Source of the DNA: Vulcanimicrobiota bacterium
Lineage (GTDB): Bacteria; Vulcanimicrobiota; Vulcanimicrobiia; Eremiobacterales; Eremiobacteraceae
Assembly: GCA_963812135.1 (NCBI GenBank)
Contig: CAWETU010000001.1
Coordinates: forward strand, 2,142,018 to 2,206,017
DNA: 64,000 nt
Reading direction: 5' to 3'
Shown here: positions 28,752 to 37,564 of the stretch, one piece after another
Layout: the number at the start of each line of letters is the position of its first letter
Position numbering within the stretch: position 1 is the stretch's first letter
Program-made: the position numbers and the translations under genes
The notes under the pieces: generated by a model
What the model was told of the DNA's origin: nothing
Databases searched by the model: none
What the model saw: only the letters and a program-made list of their open reading frames with translations

Positions 28752-30094
28752 GCGTCCTGCCGGCAGCCGCCCCCGCCCTCGACGTCCTCGACGAGTTGCG
28801 CCGCAAGATCGCGACGCACAGCGCCCATGTCGGCGTCGTCGGCGTCGGCTACGTGGGGCTGCCGCTCGCCGTCGAAAAGGCGAAGGTGGGCTTTCCGGTC
28901 ACCGGTTACGATCGCAATGCTTCTCGCGTCGCCTCGGTCAACGACGGGCGCAATTATATCCGCGACGTCGCCGACGCTGACCTCGCCGACGTCGTGGCTC
29001 GGGGGCGTTTGCACGCGTCGGCGGATTTCGACTCGATCGGCGAGTGCGACGTCGTCGTCATCTGCGTCCCGACGCCGCTGACGCCGAACCGCGATCCCGA
29101 CATCTCCTACATCCGCTCGGTCACCGACGCGATCGCACGTCAGCTGCGGCCTGGCCAGCTCATCTGCCTGGAGAGCACGACGTATCCTGGGACCACCGAA
29201 GAAGTGCTGCTGCCAATCCTCGCCGCGACCGGTCTGGTCGTGGGGCGCGACTTCGCGCTTGCGTTTTCGCCGGAGCGCGTCGACCCGGGGAACACCCGGT
29301 ACTCGACTTGCAACACGAGCAAGATCGTCGGCGGAGTGACGCCCGTCTGCTTGAAGGTCGCGACCGCTTTCTACAGCCAGACGATCGGCAGCGTGACCGG
29401 CGTGTCGTCGCCGCGCGTCGCCGAGATCACGAAGGTGTTCGAGAACACGTTCCGCGCGGTCAACATCGCCCTCGTCAACGAGTTGGCGCTGTTGTGCGAC
29501 CGGATGGGCATCAGCATTTGGGAAGTCGTCGACGCCGCCGCGACCAAACCGTTCGGGATGATGCGCTTCGATCCAGGTCCGGGCGTCGGCGGCCACTGCA
29601 TCCCGCTCGACCCGTTCTACCTCGCCTGGAAAGCCAAGCAATACGATTTCCAGACGCGCTTCATCGAGCTCGCCGGCGAGATCAACATCTCGATGCCGTA
29701 CTTCGTGCGCGAGAAAGTGCTGCGCGCGCTCAACGACGTGGGCCGCGCGCTGCGCAACGCGCGCATTCTGCTGGTCGGCGTCGCGTACAAGAAAGACATC
29801 GCGGATTGGCGGGAATCGCCATCGCTGAAGATCCTCGAGCTGCTCGAACGCGATGGCGCGTTCGTCGACTACTATGACCCGTACGTGCCCGAGATCGTGG
29901 ACCCGCGCGGCGTCACGCGCCGTTCGATCGCGCCGACGCCGGAGCAGTTCGCGCAAGCCGACTGCGTGCTCATCGCGACCGACCACAGCTGCATCGACTG
30001 GCACGAGATCGCCCATTGCGCGCGTCTGATCGTCGATACCCGCAACGCGACCCGCGACGTGCCCGAAGCGCGCGGCAAGACGGTGCTGCTATGA
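28748..30094 (+). CDS. wbpA: UDP-N-acetyl-D-glucosamine (or -mannosamine) 6-dehydrogenase, WbpA-like
   Basis: GVVGVGYVGLPLA Rossmann motif and catalytic-Cys context GPGVGGHCIPLDP. The symbol is assigned from context with the downstream WbpB/D/E/I-like genes. Confidence 0.8.
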   Translation: MSVLPAAAPALDVLDELRRKIATHSAHVGVVGVGYVGLPLAVEKAKVGFPVTGYDRNASRVASVNDGRNYIRDVADADLADVVARGRLHASADFDSIGECDVVVICVPTPLTPNRDPDISYIRSVTDAIARQLRPGQLICLESTTYPGTTEEVLLPILAATGLVVGRDFALAFSPERVDPGNTRYSTCNTSKIVGGVTPVCLKVATAFYSQTIGSVTGVSSPRVAEITKVFENTFRAVNIALVNELALLCDRMGISIWEVVDAAATKPFGMMRFDPGPGVGGHCIPLDPFYLAWKAKQYDFQTRFIELAGEINISMPYFVREKVLRALNDVGRALRNARILLVGVAYKKDIADWRESPSLKILELLERDGAFVDYYDPYVPEIVDPRGVTRRSIAPTPEQFAQADCVLIATDHSCIDWHEIAHCARLIVDTRNATRDVPEARGKTVLL

Positions 30095-31086
30095 CGCAGG
30101 CGGACGTACGCGTCGGCATCATCGGCGCCGGCCATTGGGGCCGGAACCTGATCCGCGTGTGCCACGATCTGGGCGCATTGGCCGCGGTGTGCGACTCGTC
30201 GCCGACGATGCTCGCGCACGTGGCGGAGGCATACCCGTCAACGCTGCGCTTCAGCGAAGTCGACGAATTCCTACTGCAGCAGCTCGACGCGGTCTTCATC
30301 GCGGCACCCGCCCAACTGCACGCCCAGCTGGCGCTCCAGGTGCTTGCCGCGGGCAAACACGTCTTCGTCGAGAAACCGTTCGCGCTCACGGTGGCGGACG
30401 CCGAGGCGATCGCCGGCGCCGCGGCGGCCACCGGCCTCCAGGTCTTCGCCGGACATCTGCTCATCTATCATCCGGCCGTCAGAAAGCTGCGCAAGATCAT
30501 CCAAGCGGGCGACATCGGCCGCGTGTGGCATCTGCGGTCGCGACGTCTCAGCCTTGGGAAGCTGCGACACCACGAAAGCGTGTGGTGGAGCTTCGCGCCG
30601 CACGACGTTTCGCTGATGCTCGCGCTCATGAACGAGGAGCCCTCGCATGTGACCGGCGCGCAAGCCGGCTGGCTGACCTCACGCACGCCCGACGCCGCGT
30701 ACGCCGATTACCAATTCGCGCACGGCAGGTCGGCGCACATCGAAGTCAGCTGGCTCGATCCCAACAAGATGTGGCAGTTCGACGTCTTCGGCACCGACGG
30801 CGTCATCACGATCCACGAGACGCCGGGCAAGTCGCGCATGACCCTCGCGAAGTGCGGCGCTCGTTCGGACGAGCACGGACACCTCTCCACCTGGCGCGGG
30901 GCGGAGACGGAAGTGCAGTTCGAACGGGTCGAACCGCTGCGCGAGGAGGTCGTCGCCTTCTTCACCTCGTTGCGCTTCGGCATCGCGGCCGAAACCGACG
31001 CGACGGAGGGTCTGTCAGTCGTGCGTGCTCTGGCACTGGCGGATCGCGCTTCGCATCACCTCGGCAATAACGAGGCCCGTCTATGA
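30091..31086 (+). CDS. wbpB: Gfo/Idh/MocA oxidoreductase, WbpB/WlbA-like (UDP-GlcNAcA 3-dehydrogenase)
   Basis: ATGA overlap, with VGIIGAGHWG and VFVEKPFA motifs. Positioned between WbpA-like and WbpD-like genes. Confidence 0.75.
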   Translation: MTQADVRVGIIGAGHWGRNLIRVCHDLGALAAVCDSSPTMLAHVAEAYPSTLRFSEVDEFLLQQLDAVFIAAPAQLHAQLALQVLAAGKHVFVEKPFALTVADAEAIAGAAAATGLQVFAGHLLIYHPAVRKLRKIIQAGDIGRVWHLRSRRLSLGKLRHHESVWWSFAPHDVSLMLALMNEEPSHVTGAQAGWLTSRTPDAAYADYQFAHGRSAHIEVSWLDPNKMWQFDVFGTDGVITIHETPGKSRMTLAKCGARSDEHGHLSTWRGAETEVQFERVEPLREEVVAFFTSLRFGIAAETDATEGLSVVRALALADRASHHLGNNEARL

Positions 31087-31676
31087 TACGCGCGACGGCG
31101 CTTCCGGCGTTCTTCGCACATCCGACGGCGTGCGTCGACGAGCCGTGCGACATCGGCACGGGGACGAAGATCTGGCATTTCTCGCACGTGAGCGCGCATG
31201 CCGTCATCGGTGAAGGCTGCACGATCGGGCAAAACGTCTTCATCGCATCCCGCGTGCGCATCGGCGACAACGTCAAGATCCAGAACAACGTGTCGGTCTA
31301 CGAAGGGGTCGAGCTGGAGGACGACGTCTTCTGCGGTCCCAGCATGGTGTTCACCAACGTCGCGACGCCGCGTTCGCACGTGCCGCGCAATCGTCCGCAA
31401 GACTACGCCCCGACGCTCGTGCAGCGCGGCGCAACCATCGGCGCCAATGCGACGATCGTATGCGGCCACACGATCGGAGCGTACGCATTCATCGGCGCGG
31501 GCGCGGTGGTCACGGCGGACGTGCCCGCATACGCGCTCGTCTATGGGAACCCCGCTCGCGTTCGCGGCTACGCCTGCCAGTGCGGCACGACCCTCGCCTT
31601 CGCGGACGACGCCGCGACGTGCGCGCAGTGCGCGCGCGAGTTCGTCAGAGCGGCGGGCGTGGTGCGTCCCCGATGA
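31083..31676 (+). CDS. wbpD: left-handed beta-helix N-acetyltransferase, WbpD/WlbB-like
   Basis: ATGA overlap, hexapeptide repeats (IGEGCTIGQNVFI.., IGDNVKIQNNVSV..) and a C-terminal CQCG...CAQCAREF tail. Confidence 0.75.
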   Translation: MIRATALPAFFAHPTACVDEPCDIGTGTKIWHFSHVSAHAVIGEGCTIGQNVFIASRVRIGDNVKIQNNVSVYEGVELEDDVFCGPSMVFTNVATPRSHVPRNRPQDYAPTLVQRGATIGANATIVCGHTIGAYAFIGAGAVVTADVPAYALVYGNPARVRGYACQCGTTLAFADDAATCAQCAREFVRAAGVVRPR

Positions 31677-32796
31677 CGCCGATCCCTGTCTTCTCGCCGA
31701 CCCAACAATACTTATCGCTCAAAACCGAGATCGACGCCGCGATCGCGTCGGTGCTCGCCTCCGGGCAATTCATCTTGGGGCCAAACGCGCAGGCCTTCGA
31801 ACGCGAGCTGGCGCTCTGCGTCGGCACGGGCGAGGCGGTCGCGCTCAACTCGGGCACGGACGCGCTCTTCCTCGCGTTGCACGGCCTTGGCATCGGACCC
31901 GGCGACGAAGTCATCACCACGCCGTTCACGTTCTTCGCGACCAGCGAAGCGATACTGCAGACCGGCGCGACTCCCGTGTTCGTCGACATCGAGCCTGCGA
32001 CGTTCAACATCGATCCGGACCAGATCGAGGCCGAGATCACCGCGCGCACCAAGGCGATTCTGCCAGTGCACCTCTACGGGTTGCCGGCGCGCATGCCGGC
32101 GATCATGGCGATCGCGCAACGCCATGGACTGCTCGTCGTCGAAGACTGCGCGCAGGCGATCGGCGCTGACATCGCGGGGCGCCGCGTCGGCACGTTTGGA
32201 GACGCCGCCGCGTTCAGCTTCTTCCCGACCAAGAACCTGGGCGCATACGGTGACGCGGGCGCGCTCGTCACGAATTCGGCGGCGCTCGCGGCGCGCGTGC
32301 GCGAGCTGCGCGTGCACGGCAGCCGCACGAAATATCTCCATGACGAACGCGGCATCAACAGCAGGCTCGACGAACTGCAGGCGGCGATTCTGCGCGTGAA
32401 GCTGCCGCACTTGGAACGCTTCAACGCCGCACGGCGCGAACTCGCGCAGCGCTACGACGCCGCGCTCGCCGGCCTCGACGGCGTGGCGACACCGGCGGTG
32501 CCCGACGGCCTGCATCACGTCTATCATCAGTACACGTGCCGCGTCGCGCGGCGCGACGAGGTCCGCGATGAGCTGGCCCGCGCCGGCGTCCAGACGATGG
32601 TCTACTATCCGGTGCCTTTGCATCTGCAAACGAGTCCATGCCGCGCTCGGGCTGCGTGAAGGCGCGTTTCCGCATGCGGAGGCAGCCGCTGCGCGAGGTG
32701 CTTTCGCTGCCGATGTATCCCGAGCTGTCCGCGACCGAGCAAGCCTTGGTGACGAACGCCGTGGTGCGCGCGTGCGCGCGAGAGGCCCTCGTCTGA
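31673..32796 (+). CDS. wbpE: DegT/DnrJ/EryC1-type PLP aminotransferase, WbpE/WlbC-like. The 3' end is spread over three frames (apparent +1 shifts near 32630 and 32694)
   Basis: ATGA overlap, with GTDALFLAL and FSFFPTKNLGAYGDAGA (PLP Lys). 'YYPVPLHLQ' (frame 2) continues as 'VHAALGLREGAFPHAEAAAA' (frame 0), then as 'EVLSLPMYPELSATEQ...' (frame 1, stop 32794-32796). Confidence 0.8.
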
Positions 32797-33914
32797 AGAT
32801 CGCGAGCGTCGTCGGCGCGCGACCGCAATTCATCAAGGCCGCGGTCTTGTGCGCGGAGTTGGAGCAGCGCCGCGATTGGGAGCACGTGCTCATCAACACC
32901 GGCCAGCACTACGACTACGCGATGTCGCAGATCTTCTTCGACGAACTGCACATGCGCGCGGCTGACATCAGCCTCGACGTCGGCTCGGCTCCGCACGGCG
33001 AGCAGACAGGCGAGATGCTGCGCCGCCTCGAGCCGGCGCTGGCCCGCGTGAGGCCGGACTACGTCATCGTGTTCGGCGACACGAACTCGACTCTCGCCGG
33101 CGCGCTCGCGGCCGTGAAGCTGGGGCTGCCGGTCGTGCACGTCGAGGCCGGGCTGCGTTCGTTCGATCGAGCGATGCCCGAAGAGATCAATCGCATCGTG
33201 GTCGATCACATCGCCGCGATCCACTTTGCGCCCAACGAGCGAGCGGTCGCGCAGCTGGCGCGCGAAGATATCCGCGCTTGCGTGCGCGAGGTCGGCGATC
33301 TCATGGTGGACCTGGCGCTGGCCACCGCCGCGAGTCTGCCGCGAACGCCAGCGATCTTGGAGCGACTGCGCGCCGCGCCGGGCGAATACGCGCTCGTCAC
33401 CGTTCATCGCGCCGCCAACACCGATGACGCAGGCGCGTTCGCGCGCATCGTCGCCGCGCTGCGGGAGCTCGCGCTGCCGGTGATCTTCCCGATCCATCCC
33501 CGCTCGCGCGCGCTTGCGAGCGCGCACGGCGTCGGCCGAGCCGGCGATTCGATCGTGGCATGCGATCCCGTATCGTATCGCGAGATGATCGCGCTCGAGC
33601 GCGACGCGCGGGTCATCCTGACCGATTCTGGCGGCGTGCAAAAAGAGGCGTTCGCCCTCGGCGTGCCGTGCGTCACGTTGCGCCCGGAGACGGAATGGAC
33701 CGAAACGCTCGTGGGCGGATGGAACGTCTTGGCCGGCGCCGATCGCGATGCGATCGTGCAGGCGGCACATCGTGCGCGCCCGCTCCCGCCGCACGGCTAC
33801 GCAGCCGCCGGCCGATGCGCAGCGTCGATCTGCGATGTCTTGTCGGAACTACAAGGCGCTGTGCGCCGCGAGGCGTTCGAGCAGATCGATGGCGCCGCGT
33901 CCTACGCGGTCTGA
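32772..33914 (+). CDS. wbpI: UDP-N-acetylglucosamine-type 2-epimerase, WbpI/WlbD/WecB-like
   Basis: KIASVVGARPQFIK, HVEAGLRSFD, MPEEINR and LTDSGGVQKEA. The start is ambiguous (GTG 32772 or CTG 32793). Confidence 0.8.
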   Translation: MRARGPRLKIASVVGARPQFIKAAVLCAELEQRRDWEHVLINTGQHYDYAMSQIFFDELHMRAADISLDVGSAPHGEQTGEMLRRLEPALARVRPDYVIVFGDTNSTLAGALAAVKLGLPVVHVEAGLRSFDRAMPEEINRIVVDHIAAIHFAPNERAVAQLAREDIRACVREVGDLMVDLALATAASLPRTPAILERLRAAPGEYALVTVHRAANTDDAGAFARIVAALRELALPVIFPIHPRSRALASAHGVGRAGDSIVACDPVSYREMIALERDARVILTDSGGVQKEAFALGVPCVTLRPETEWTETLVGGWNVLAGADRDAIVQAAHRARPLPPHGYAAAGRCAASICDVLSELQGAVRREAFEQIDGAASYAV

Positions 33915-34901
33915 CTTCGTGACGAAGCGCGGCCCGAGCCCCGCGAGCGTGTTCGTGAGAACGCGCGCTCGACAGGCCGGCGACTTCGCGTACGCTTGCC
34001 ACGCGTCTGCCGTGGCGGCGAAGTAGCCGTCGCCGGTGAGCGCCGCAGTCACGCGCAGCTGCGCGATGTGGAACGCGTGATACTTCAAGACCGCCACGCT
34101 GCGAAAGCCGGAGCGCGTGCCCAAAAGGCTGTAGTACGACCAGTAGCCCGCATCGTACAGCCCGAGCCGCCGGCGCAAGGTCTGCGTGGCCTCGAAGGCC
34201 AGCTCTTCCAGCCACGGCTGCGGCATCGCGCGCTGGAGCTCGAGCAATCCCCACAACGCGAACATGTGCCCGTTCAAGATGTGGCTCGCCGGCAGTGCGG
34301 CGACCTCTTCCAAGAACACGTCGCGGGCGGAGCGATAGACGACGCCGCCGTTCTCGATGCTGTGACGGAACGGCTGCGCGGCGCGCACCGCCGCGTGCAG
34401 ATGCGCGGCCGATCCTTCGACCGCGGCAGCGCGCAACAGCAGCGAGATCGCCTCGCCCTGCGCCATCGCGGACAGCCAGCCGCTGCTGACGCCGTAGCGC
34501 GGGTTTGGAAATTCGTATGCGTAGCAGCCCTCTACCCCATCACGCGTGCGGGCGTGTGCGACAAGCCAATCTGCCTGGGCCAGGAATGCGCGGCGCGCGG
34601 CGGCATCGCCCGTCTCGCAAAAGCGCGCGTGCGAATGCAAGCCGTACTGAGCGATGCGGACCGGATGATAGAGCTGCACGCCCGGCGTCAGGATGACGCC
34701 CGCCGCATCTTTGGGCGCGCGCTCCCAATCTTCGCCGTACGGACCGCCTCCGGGGCGCCACTCGATGTAGTACGGGCCGGCATCAGCCGCGGGCATGCGA
34801 TACGGCCGCTCGACGGTCCAGTCGATTGGAAACGCCAGCGCGAGCGAACGCAGGTAGTCTCTTGGAAGCACGCGCTCGAGCGTGGGAGCGTCCTTGGGCA
34901 T
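33849..34901 (-). CDS. D-glucuronyl C5-epimerase C-terminal-domain-like protein
   Basis: 350 aa. The alpha/alpha-toroid-like pattern (AQYGL..., GWLSAMAQGEAISLLLRA, NGHMFALWGLLEL, YHAFHIAQL) resembles the C5-epimerase C-terminal family. It is convergent with the wbp genes and overlaps them by 66 nt. Confidence 0.6.
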   Translation of the reverse strand: MPKDAPTLERVLPRDYLRSLALAFPIDWTVERPYRMPAADAGPYYIEWRPGGGPYGEDWERAPKDAAGVILTPGVQLYHPVRIAQYGLHSHARFCETGDAAARRAFLAQADWLVAHARTRDGVEGCYAYEFPNPRYGVSSGWLSAMAQGEAISLLLRAAAVEGSAAHLHAAVRAAQPFRHSIENGGVVYRSARDVFLEEVAALPASHILNGHMFALWGLLELQRAMPQPWLEELAFEATQTLRRRLGLYDAGYWSYYSLLGTRSGFRSVAVLKYHAFHIAQLRVTAALTGDGYFAATADAWQAYAKSPACRARVLTNTLAGLGPRFVTKSDRVGRGAIDLLERLAAHSAL

Positions 34902-35002
34902 GGCAACGTCGGGATTACCCGCGCGGCTCGCCAGCCCTTGAGACTAATGGTCCCATTGCACGGACGGACGCTCCTACGCAGCCGCCCGGCCGCCGCGCTA
35001 GG

Positions 35003-36469
35003 ATGGGCATGATGGGCAAGTTCTGGCTCGCCGCGGTGGCGTTGGCGATCCTCGTGGCGTTGTGCGTCCTGCTGCTCTTCAGCGGGTGGAAGTTCGGCCC
35101 GCTCGTGGCTGGGATCGTCGCCGTCTTGCCGGTGCTCGGCTACTACTCGTTGACGCGGCCGCTGGTGGTGCCGTACGCCGTGTATGTCCTTTTGCTGCCG
35201 TTCGACAACGTGCTCGCGATCTCGTCAGGCGCGACGCTGACCAAATTCATCGGGATCTTCGCCACCGGCGCGATCTTGCTGTGGGCGTTCGGCCGACGCA
35301 AGTTCGTGATGCCGTCAGGCACGTTGTGGCTGGGCGCCCTGCTCATGATCTGGCTCGCGATGAGCATGCTGTGGGCGCTCGACCAGAAAGCGTCGTTCAA
35401 CATCGCGCCGACGTACGTCGGCTTGTTCTTGCTCTACATCGTGCTGTCGATCACCCCCGTCAGCCGCGCCGATTTCATCGCGATCCTCGTCGCGATGGTC
35501 GCGGGCTCGCTCATCGCGTCGGCGTACGGCGTCGCGGTCTTCCACGGCCAGTCGGTGGCCGATGCGCGCGCGCTCGCGGACAACTTCGGGCGCCTGAGCG
35601 TACAGATCGGCGACAACACGATCGACCCCAACGCCTATTCCGACGCCATCTTGCTGCCGTTCTGCCTCCTCTTGATGGTCGGCTTGCGCTCCCCGAACGT
35701 CGCGGTCAAGTTCGGCTCGGTCGCCGGGCTCGCCGTCATGCTCGGCGCCATCTACGTCAGCGCTTCGCGCGGCGCCATCTTGGCCATCGGCGCCGCGGTG
35801 GCGTACCTGATCATCCGCTCGCGCTACCGGCTGCAGATCTTGGCCGTGGCGGTCATCCCCGCGGTCTTGGCATTCGCCGGGTCGAGCTTCATGATGGACC
35901 GCTTCGCCGACGCGGAACACACCGGCGCGGCCGGACGCTTCGGCATCTGGAAGGTCGGGATGGAGGCGTTCAAGCAGCACTGGTTGCTGGGCGCGGGGAT
36001 CGGCAACTACCGGGCGGTCTACAATTCTGTCTTCATCCAAGTGTATCAAGCGTACTCGGGCGGTTGGGATCGGGTCGCGCATAATCTGCTCGTCCAAGTG
36101 TCCGCGGAATTGGGCGTGATCGGTCTGGCCATCGTCTTGGCCTTCTGGTTCAGCAACATGTTCCTGTTGCGCCACATCGGACCGAAGAACGAGTGGTTCG
36201 ATTTCCGGCTCGCGCTGGAAGCCGCGGTGATCGGATTGTTCGTCGCTGCGCTGTCGATCGACCTCATCTGGTCGAAGTACACGTGGCTGCTGTTCGGCAC
36301 GATGGCGCAACTGCGCACGCTGACGTTGAGCGCGCGGGCGCCGATCCCGAAGCGCATGGCCGTCATGTCCGACATCGCCTGGGGCACGCGGCCGGCCCGG
36401 CCCGAGCTGCTGACGAAGCCGAGGACGTGGAGGGCGCCCAAACGCGTGCGCAAACCCACATGCGCGTGA
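35003..36469 (+). CDS. O-antigen polymerase/ligase family membrane protein (Wzy_C-type)
   Basis: ATG at 35003 and about 11 TM. Loop motif SASRGAILAIGAAVAYL and AHNLLVQVSAELGVIGL. Confidence 0.8.
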   Translation: MGMMGKFWLAAVALAILVALCVLLLFSGWKFGPLVAGIVAVLPVLGYYSLTRPLVVPYAVYVLLLPFDNVLAISSGATLTKFIGIFATGAILLWAFGRRKFVMPSGTLWLGALLMIWLAMSMLWALDQKASFNIAPTYVGLFLLYIVLSITPVSRADFIAILVAMVAGSLIASAYGVAVFHGQSVADARALADNFGRLSVQIGDNTIDPNAYSDAILLPFCLLLMVGLRSPNVAVKFGSVAGLAVMLGAIYVSASRGAILAIGAAVAYLIIRSRYRLQILAVAVIPAVLAFAGSSFMMDRFADAEHTGAAGRFGIWKVGMEAFKQHWLLGAGIGNYRAVYNSVFIQVYQAYSGGWDRVAHNLLVQVSAELGVIGLAIVLAFWFSNMFLLRHIGPKNEWFDFRLALEAAVIGLFVAALSIDLIWSKYTWLLFGTMAQLRTLTLSARAPIPKRMAVMSDIAWGTRPARPELLTKPRTWRAPKRVRKPTCA

Positions 36470-37564
36470 TGCACGTGATCGCCTCGCTTTCAGGCTACGG
36501 CGCGGAGCATTTCGTCGGCGGCCTGCTCCCGCAGCTCGCGGCCGGCGGCGACGACGTCGCCGCGCTCACCGTCTACCCGTCGAAACCGCCGGACGCGGAA
36601 GTCTGCGCCGGCATCCGCATCTTCGACGCCGCGCGTCGCGGCCGCGCGGATGCGTCGTTCTTCGCGCGCATGGTCAGAGCGATGCGGCGCTTCCGGCCCG
36701 ACATCGTCCACACGCACATGCACAACGGCAAGTATTGGGGCCGGCTCGCCGCGGTCGCCGCGGGCGTGCCGCATATCGTGCACACGGAACACGATCCCAA
36801 CTTCCGCATGCACGGCTTCGAGCGCGCCGCCGCCGCCATCCTCATGCACCGCACCGAGCGCTTTATCGCATTCTCCGCAGGCCATCGCACTCGGCTTGCC
36901 AGCGCCGAAGGGATTCCATTCGGCAAGATCGCGGTGATCCCGAATGGCATCGCGTTCCGCCCGATGCCGCCCGACGCACGCGAGCGCGGCCGCCAGCTGC
37001 TCGGAACGCAGCCCGGCGAGCTCGCGATCGTGATGGTCGGCAGGCTCGAGTCCCAAAAGAACCACGAGCTTGCGTTGCGCGCATTCGCGTGTCTTCCCGA
37101 ATCCCTCCGCAAGCGTCGCGCGCTTGCACATCATCGGCGCAGGTTCGCGCGATGCGACATTGCGCGCGCTCGCGACGCAGCTCGAGATCGATCCCGCCGT
37201 CACCTTCTTGGGATTCCGCCGCGACTCGCTCGACTTGATCGCCGGCGGCGACGCCATGCTCATGACCTCGCACAGCGAAGCGATGCCCATCGCGCTCATC
37301 GAGGGCATGAGCGTGGCGCTGCCGGTGGTATCGGCGCCATGGCTCGGCGCCGCCGAGATGCTCGACAGCGGCGACCTCGGGTACGTCGCGTCGTCATTCG
37401 CGCCCGAGGACGTCGCCTTCAAGCTGGCCCGTGCGCTGTCAGAACCGCAGGAGGCGCATGCCAAGGCCGCGGCAGCGCGCGCGAAAGCACTCGCCGAGTA
37501 CGACCTACGCACGGCGGTCGCGCGGCATCACGAGCTGTACCGCACGCTCGTCGGAGCGTCATGA
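36460..37564 (+). CDS. GT4-family glycosyltransferase. Frame broken by an apparent +1 shift near 37118 (ORF pieces 36460..~37118 and ~37119..37564)
   Basis: MHVIASLSGYGAEHFV N-terminus. 'LPESLRKR' continues in the next frame as 'ARLHIIGAGSRDATLRALATQL..VTFLGFRRD..SHSEAMPIALIEGMSVALPVV' (EX7E region). Confidence 0.8.

Noticed and set aside
28688-30016. Long antisense ORFs (e.g. 28688..30016 -, 42857..44095 -, 44825..46489 -, 35315..36310 -, 7198..8220 -)
   Set aside because: They are Arg/Ala/Asp-rich, have no recognisable motifs and lie exactly antisense to genes with clear family signatures. This is the typical open-frame artefact of GC-rich DNA.
33849-33914. 66-nt and 70-nt (38733..38802) convergent 3' overlaps as possible antisense regulation
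   Set aside because: In GC-rich DNA, stop codons are sparse and C-terminal tails often run on. The overlapped tails lie beyond the conserved domain ends of both partners, so they are probably incidental.
1336-37126. Programmed +1 ribosomal frameshifting as the explanation for the frame breaks
   Set aside because: The sites share no slippery sequence, rare-codon/stop context or downstream structure. They also fall in unrelated gene families. Sequence error or decay is more parsimonious, although this is not proven.
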